A stretch of DNA of 64,000 nt from a virus (Duplodnaviria > Caudoviricetes), in the IMG/VR virus record IMGVR_UViG_3300025789_000018, one strand, 5' to 3'. The position numbers and the translations under genes are program-made. Shown piece after piece: positions 58,941 through 64,000 of the stretch; the first letter of the stretch is position 1, and each line of letters opens with the position of its first letter. The notes beneath the pieces were generated by a model. The model worked only from the letters and a program-made list of their open reading frames with translations, did no database searches and was not told the origin of the DNA.

Positions 58941-59079
58941 GTGGCACTTCAGTTAGTAGACGATTCTTTGTTTCTTCGTCTGTGATATCCATTTCAACGA
59001 ATGGAATGGACTTTGATGTGAGAAGATTTTTGGCTGCTGTACAGTTTGAGCATCCTGGCTTTGAGTATACTTTATACAT
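58834..59079 (-). CDS. Glutaredoxin
   Basis: YSKPGCSNC, RTVPQIF, IGGY. Confidence 0.9.
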   Translation of the reverse strand: MYKVYSKPGCSNCTAAKNLLTSKSIPFVEMDITDEETKNRLLTEVPHARTVPQIFYNETYIGGYNELNERIKNESTNVLLG

Positions 59080-59108
59080 AGTCGATCCTGTATGTTTTGT
59101 CAAGAGAT

Positions 59109-59134
59109 AAAGGGGCAGCCGAAGCCACCCCTAA
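59109..59134 (-). terminator. Intrinsic terminator after SleB paralog 2
   Basis: AGGGGTGGC-TTCG-GCTGCCCCT followed by a short T-run. Confidence 0.7.
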
Positions 59135-59140
59135 ATCTAT

Positions 59141-59590
59141 TTATGCGATTTTATAGAATATGTGATGACCTATCGTCACAACTCTCTTGTACTTCCAATG
59201 TGGATTTACATAGTTTGCATGATAGAAGATTGCGCCATTAATGTTGTCTCCTACATGTCCGTAGTAAACAGAACGAGCAACTTGCTTATTCTTTTCATAT
59301 AGGTCTTGATATACAATCTTAGGATGGTGATGAATCCAGCTAAACTGGTGTTTCATAGCAATAACTTCACATGGAGTTTTAGCATAGCCTTGTTTTACAC
59401 GATTCATTATTACATTTGCAACTGCAACCTGACCATTTAGTGGCTCACCACGGGCTTCAAAATAGATTGTCTGTGCTACGCATTCTAGTTGCGCTTGATC
59501 GTGTTTTGGTGTTTGTGCCATTGCTTGTGGTATTACAACCAACAGTGCGAGAGTGGCAATCGCCTTGAAGATTTTATTTAGGTAAGACAT
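59141..59590 (-). CDS. SleB/Hydrolase_2 cell-wall hydrolase (paralog 2)
   Basis: CVAQTIYFEARGE..VIMNRV..QFSW..FYHANYVNPHW..IGHHIFY; signal-like N-terminus. Confidence 0.9.
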   Translation of the reverse strand: MSYLNKIFKAIATLALLVVIPQAMAQTPKHDQAQLECVAQTIYFEARGEPLNGQVAVANVIMNRVKQGYAKTPCEVIAMKHQFSWIHHHPKIVYQDLYEKNKQVARSVYYGHVGDNINGAIFYHANYVNPHWKYKRVVTIGHHIFYKIA

Positions 59591-59867
59591 TTCTTCCCTC
59601 TTAGGTTCGAAGACCTAGGCGACAACTGAAAGTCTTATAGGGTATCTCAACCCGTACAGACAGCTATGCTATGAGAAGATACAAAGTAAATGTATATGGT
59701 ATCTTCTACATCCATTTCCCTCTTACTGGAAATGCAAGATCGTCGTTGTTTCGTTTGAATCATATCGATAGTATAACGTGATACTGTAGATATAATGCTT
59801 ACTAGCCATCGCAGACTTGAAGCGTTGTAAGAGTACAATGGAAGTAGAACTTCCAATGGTATTTATA
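59591..59867 (-). promoter_or_regulatory. Late promoter (59860-59867) plus structured leader homologous to 905-1145
   Basis: Same ordered blocks: 5' GGAAG/CTTCC hairpin, CTCTTAC...GTAAGAG, AGAAGATAC...GTATCTTCT, TGAGA loop, CTATAAG, TCGCC. Confidence 0.7.
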
Positions 59868-59874
59868 TGAGACA

Positions 59875-60062
59875 TATTCTAGACCGTGCCTAGGTTGATC
59901 GCGAATACGTCTGCGCTTCCATCTCGGCGCAGATTGACACTTACTCCTCATCCCTGGAGCAGTTATCGGATAGTCCTCTTTGGTGCGCTTATGGTGGATT
60001 CCATCCAGAGGCGTAAGAGGCTCAGAAAACCCATACATATGTAACAGAGGTATGGGTCATAT
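59875..60062 (-). ncRNA. Putative ~190-nt multibranch RNA E behind TATAAGTA (60069-60076)
   Basis: Stems 60029-60036/60050-60057, 59940-59944/60013-60017, 59975-59979/60007-60011, 59910-59916/59927-59933. Confidence 0.4.
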
Positions 60063-60071
60063 TGTCTTTAC

Positions 60072-60377
60072 TTATACACTAGTTTTACGTGGTTGTCTAG
60101 TCTTTTTTGGAGCAGCAGGTGCAGATGGCTCTGGTGCTACCTTTGGTGCCCTAGGCTTACGCGGTGGCTTGGGCTTATCTGGCTGCTTGCTGCGATGTAG
60201 AATGATGATACCCTTAGATCGCAGTTCACGAATAATCTTACCATGATCCATTAGAAGCTTGTTAAGTGCTTCCTTATCAACAGGAGCATTAGGAGCCTTG
60301 CGCTTCAGATACTTGTCCACAGATTCGTGAATACCATGAAACTCTTCATCTGTGCAATCTAGATATATTGCGGCCAT
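60072..60377 (-). CDS. Hypothetical protein with Pro/Lys-rich tail
   Basis: ORF in the minus-strand run. Confidence 0.55.
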   Translation of the reverse strand: MAAIYLDCTDEEFHGIHESVDKYLKRKAPNAPVDKEALNKLLMDHGKIIRELRSKGIIILHRSKQPDKPKPPRKPRAPKVAPEPSAPAAPKKTRQPRKTSV

Positions 60378-60657
60378 GATTACAGCCTTCCACTGATATC
60401 AATGATGTCATAGCGATCATAATGGTGTGCCTCTTGCAGACACACATCAATATACTTTTGTGCCTCTTCCAAAGTCTCAAACGACTTAAGGAAGTTATCT
60501 TCTGCAGGATAATAACGATCCCAGCCTAGTACCCAAAATACTTTCATATTCATTCTCACCAAAACTTGGCAACAAAGTGCCAGATAACACCGATAATGAT
60601 GCCCCAGAATGCAACATTCGCGAGAAACGTAAACAGCACCATTTTATAAAACGTATT

Positions 60658-61126
60658 CATAATCAAAACTCCAAAACATTAGAGGTACGACGAGTGATTT
60701 CAGAGAGGACAGTAATCTTTCCTTTATGCCCTGCTATTTTGTAATGAGTGCGCTGTTCAAGTTCAAACAGAAGATCAGCATATTCTTCTTCATCATGCAC
60801 AACTCCATCAAACAGAAAATACGTGTCTCCATCATGATCAGGCACCGTACTAATAGTCACAACAGCAGTAAACATAATCAAAACTCCTTAAATACCTTTT
60901 CAATAGACTTAACACGCCAGGACCAAGCTTTTATGCAAGGACCAACATCAAGCGCTGCTTGATCTGCTTTTTTCCAAGAAGTTGCGGTCACTTTAACTTG
61001 GACATCTTTCTTGCCTTCAAAATAATCCAGATCATGATCGACAAGATAGGGATGACGACCGTTTACTTCCAGTGTCACAATATACTGATGCACACGATTT
61101 TTGCAGAAAAACATAATCAAAACTCC
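60658..61126. repeat. 15-bp gene-junction repeat x3 (GGAGTTTTGATTATG on the minus strand)
   Basis: Identical at 60658-60672, 60873-60887 and 61112-61126; encodes E-F-stop + SD + ATG. Confidence 0.85.
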
Positions 61127-61610
61127 CAAATCTTGACGCCACGACGAATCAGTTCCTTTGCGATCAACTTTTCCATTCGATCAACCTGTTTGACAAGGCG
61201 ATCACTCAGCTTGTCACGGTTGCATTCGGAGAGGAAAAAGAGAGCCGCTTCAAGATCATCCGATGACTGAAAACGAATCACGATGGGGGCAAAGAGTTGC
61301 TTAAGATTCATATTGATTGCTCCACAAACTCACTGACTACATTCTTACCATAACAGATTCGAGTTATATGTCAAGCAGCCTTTTGTGCTTTGCGATATTT
61401 TTGAATCTGGCGATCAAGATTCTTTTGGTCGATGTAACCATCTTTACGAACTTGACCTAGATCATCCAAAACATTGAGAATATCGCTCACACCGTCGATA
61501 TTGATACCGTAGCTACGAATCACAGAGATAGAAGCAGATAAACTAAACATAACGAATCACCTTATATCTCACTGACTACATTACTGATAATACACGACTC
61601 GGGAATAATG

Positions 61611-62285
61611 TCAAGAGGGAAATGTGTATCCCACCAAAGATTCTAACTCTGATAAAGATTTTTCTATCAGAGCAGATCCTTCAACGTTGTCAGCCATATA
61701 AACTTTGATAGAGCGATCTTTGAGATAGACAACTTTGTAATACGCCGATGGAACGGGAATCCTACGTTCTCCAATACAAGTAGATGGATCAGTATAGATT
61801 GCACCAGTCACCACGTATTGCGTCTCCATCCCTCTCACCATCGCTTCCAGTTCTTTCCAGATAATCCTGTTTACATCTGGTAGTTGTGGTGTCATGTTGG
61901 TCATTAGAAATGTGTCGCGCATCTGGACTTCGTTTCCAGCGTCAGCAGCGGGTGTTAGATGCCCGCGATCATATCCACTGTCTGTATAGTCATCTGGTGT
62001 TGGTGACCGTTTCAGGCGAGGATCAGAGCAGAATGCGTCGTCTCTTTCCACGTGGTCATGTGGTGGCTGTGTCACTTCAGCAGATAGAATCGTTCTCATA
62101 TTCTTTTCATCATAAAGAACGAGATAGAACGAGTTACAAAGCACTGTGGTACCAGGCACGACAATAGCCTGACCGTAAGGCCAGACTTGATTTGCAGGTA
62201 ACGATGGAGGCAGCTTCCGCTTTGCTAGAAAAGAAAATGCAGCGGAAGCTAACATCCTAGGGATAGATAGCAACCGCTGCATCAT
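61611..62285 (-). CDS. DNA/RNA non-specific endonuclease (NucA family)
   Basis: YDRGHLTPAAD..MTNMTPQ..VNR..WKELE..VPSAYYK. Confidence 0.9.
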   Translation of the reverse strand: MMQRLLSIPRMLASAAFSFLAKRKLPPSLPANQVWPYGQAIVVPGTTVLCNSFYLVLYDEKNMRTILSAEVTQPPHDHVERDDAFCSDPRLKRSPTPDDYTDSGYDRGHLTPAADAGNEVQMRDTFLMTNMTPQLPDVNRIIWKELEAMVRGMETQYVVTGAIYTDPSTCIGERRIPVPSAYYKVVYLKDRSIKVYMADNVEGSALIEKSLSELESLVGYTFPS

Positions 62286-62322
62286 TATTTCCTTGAGTGT
62301 TAGATTACACTCTATTTATTAT

Positions 62323-62592
62323 TTAGTCTTCTTGAGCCTGTGTTACGTTCGAACTACGCTTGTAGTTGCCCCAATATTCATTGGCACGAACACGGATATT
62401 CAGCATGTTTGTCTGGTTCTTATTAGGATTGACAATGGTAATCCAAGGATTACGACCAGCACGCCATGCTTTAACAAGATCAAGTTCATGTGTTAGTGTG
62501 CAACGATCACGCTTCACAAGCTTTGAAGTTGCTTTTGAAACGTTTGAGTGAATACCTTTTGAGACCTTAGTCTTACGTGTACTAACTGCCAT
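62323..62592 (-). CDS. Conserved basic hypothetical protein
   Basis: KAWRAGRNPWITIVNPNK. Confidence 0.65.
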   Translation of the reverse strand: MAVSTRKTKVSKGIHSNVSKATSKLVKRDRCTLTHELDLVKAWRAGRNPWITIVNPNKNQTNMLNIRVRANEYWGNYKRSSNVTQAQED

Positions 62593-62611
62593 TATTTACC
62601 TTTCATGATGT

Positions 62612-62685
62612 TGGAGCCTCATAACGGTACCTCCCCGTTTTCCTCTGGGTGGAAGCCAGATGCATTGATTCTATGCTAATGAGGC
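62612..62685 (-). tRNA. Atypical tRNA-Gly (UCC) lacking D-loop GG and T-loop UUC
   Basis: GCCTCAT/ATGAGGC-TCCA acceptor stem, GCAT/ATGC D stem, TCTGG-CTTCCAC-CCAGA anticodon arm, AACGG-GGAGGTA-CCGTT T arm. Confidence 0.75.
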
Positions 62686-62698
62686 AAAGGGTGTTTTA

Positions 62699-62768
62699 TA
62701 TAAGTAATATTGTCTGTCACGATACTACTAATATCCACAGACTCTAACGCTAAACAGGAGCATCAGCT
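62699..62768 (+). promoter_or_regulatory. Nuclease-cassette leader copy 6
   Basis: TATAAGTA, GTCTGT/ACAGAC stem, TCTAACGCTAAACAGGAGCATCAGCT-ATG. Confidence 0.85.
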
Positions 62769-63362
62769 ATGGTTATTTATCTATACGTGAAGCAATGTGG
62801 TCATTGTGATATGAAATATTTTGGTTACACTAAAACAAAAAATCCTTTCAGATATAAAGGATCTGGTCAGTATTGGATCAGACACATAAAATCGCATAAC
62901 ATAACACCTATAACTTTAGAAGTACACACCTTCTATAACCAAGAAGACGCTACGGCATATGCTATTTCGTTCTCACAAGAAAATGATATTGTCGAATCTA
63001 AATCTTGGGCAAATCTTGTACAGGAAGACGCTAAACCTGGAAATGTGGGATGTAAATATCACACAGGACCAAGATCGGGGTTAACTGAAGAATCGAGAAT
63101 CAAAATGGGACTTGCGAACAAGGGGAAGAAACGATCATCTGATACTATAAAAAAACTTTCAGATTCACACAAAAACAGAAACAAAACTCAACTAGAAATA
63201 GATCGTTTAACTAGTCTACACAAGAAAAATGTAGGTAAAAAAAGATCAACTGAAACAAAAGAAAAAATGAGACTTGCTCAACTTGGTAAAGTTCCAAGTG
63301 AAGAGACTAAGAAAAAAATAAGCGAAACATTAAAAAATAAACATCAAGGCAAAAGATCGTAG
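62769..63362 (+). CDS. GIY-YIG homing endonuclease with NUMOD3-like repeats
   Basis: IYLYVKQCGHCDMKYFGYT..YKGSG; SEETKKKISE-type repeats. Confidence 0.85.
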   Translation: MVIYLYVKQCGHCDMKYFGYTKTKNPFRYKGSGQYWIRHIKSHNITPITLEVHTFYNQEDATAYAISFSQENDIVESKSWANLVQEDAKPGNVGCKYHTGPRSGLTEESRIKMGLANKGKKRSSDTIKKLSDSHKNRNKTQLEIDRLTSLHKKNVGKKRSTETKEKMRLAQLGKVPSEETKKKISETLKNKHQGKRS

Positions 63363-63574
63363 AACCTGCCCGTTTTCTGTCCAACAGCACGAACTCGGTT
63401 CTTAGGATATCTCTTTTTGGTATACTCTAATGCACGAGCAATAGACTGCGCACGATTAGGAACACCGCCTTCAACTCTACGCCAGCTATCATCAACACCT
63501 AGAACTTCAATCTGAATGTTCTCTGGTGTCTCTGTTGTCGATTCTTTGAAAGCTTTGAATATTTTCATTTTCAT
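63344..63574 (-). CDS. Conserved hypothetical late protein
   Basis: MKIFKAFKE; late promoter 63580-63587. Confidence 0.6.
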   Translation of the reverse strand: MKMKIFKAFKESTTETPENIQIEVLGVDDSWRRVEGGVPNRAQSIARALEYTKKRYPKNRVRAVGQKTGRFYDLLP

Positions 63575-63592
63575 GCTCTTATTTATATGGAA

Positions 63593-63669
63593 TGGTCTAC
63601 CATGAGAGATTTGAACTCCCGATCTCCTGGCCCCAAACCAGGCGGATTACCAGACTTTCCTAATGGTAG
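63593..63669 (-). tRNA. tRNA-Pro (UGG)
   Basis: CTACCAT/ATGGTAG-ACCA acceptor stem, CCTGG-TTTGGGG-CCAGG, TTCAAAT T loop. Confidence 0.9.
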
Positions 63670-63677
63670 ACAATAAT

Positions 63678-63777
63678 CTATTTAGATGAACAATGAACGT
63701 TCAAGTTCTGGTCCTGATTTTCATACCATCTAGCGCCTTACGTCTAGTTCGTAATAGATCATTGTTCATCAAAATAG
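63678..63777 (-). ncRNA. Putative small structured RNA C (GAUGAAC family) between two tRNAs
   Basis: CTATTT-T-GATGAACAATGA / TCATTGTTCATC-T-AAATAG terminal stem; two inner hairpins. Confidence 0.55.
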
Positions 63778-63779
63778 TC

Positions 63780-63853
63780 TGGTGCCGATAAGAAGAATCG
63801 AACTCCTGTCAGAGGGTTACAAATCCACTGTATTACCACTATACTATATCGGC
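63780..63853 (-). tRNA. tRNA-Thr (UGU) with mismatched anticodon stem
   Basis: GCCGATA/TATCGGC-ACCA acceptor stem, TTCGATT T loop; anticodon stem GTGGA/CCCTC has U-U and A-C mismatches. Confidence 0.85.
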
Positions 63854-63855
63854 AT

Positions 63856-64000
63856 TAAACTTTCGTTGTGCGTACCGTAGTCTCACCAGTGTCATCGTTA
63901 TGACTTACGTGATGAGCATTGAAGTTAACACCAGGATGATGTTGCTTCAATGAAAGAAACTGTGCTAGATTGTCTTTAGAATCATCATAGAGATGGACGT
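63856..64000 (-). CDS. 3' end of a HAD-like protein (partial)
   Basis: Hand translation VHLYDDSKDNL...TTKV*; YDD resembles HAD motif IV. Confidence 0.5.

Noticed and set aside
59591-59867. Known c-di-AMP (ydaO) or c-di-GMP riboswitch upstream of the cell-wall hydrolases
   Set aside because: The diagnostic conserved segments of those aptamers could not be found by eye; an Rfam scan is still needed to exclude other classes.

Overview
This is a 64-kb segment of a large T4-like myophage. It carries gp59, gp33, primase gp61, rnh, nrdA/nrdB and thyX, plus T4-type late promoters (TATAAATA). The host is most likely an alphaproteobacterium: the phage has a circularly permuted two-piece tmRNA with an ANDN-like tag, GANTC sites fixed inside early promoters, and a sphingomonad-style outer-membrane beta-barrel gene. 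Almost all real genes are on the minus strand. The exceptions are six free-standing GIY-YIG/HNH nuclease genes on the plus strand. Each sits behind the same late promoter and a ~60-nt leader with a covarying two-stem structure, and a seventh orphan half-copy of that leader lies next to nrdA. Other unexplained non-coding structure includes a homologous 240-280 nt structured leader in front of both SleB-like cell-wall hydrolase paralogs, three ~100-nt RNAs sharing a GAUGAAC/GUUCWUC closing helix, two further late-promoter multibranch RNAs, and a tRNA-Gly lacking the canonical D- and T-loop motifs. Accessory genes include an EcoRI-like nuclease plus Dam-like methylase pair, an ATE/Bpt-like aminoacyl-tRNA-protein transferase next to a GNAT, an RNA-repair cluster with two ligases, Dps, SpeD, PhoH, a spanin pair and virion/internal-head proteins. 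All calls come from motif recognition by eye; no database searches or folding programs were run.
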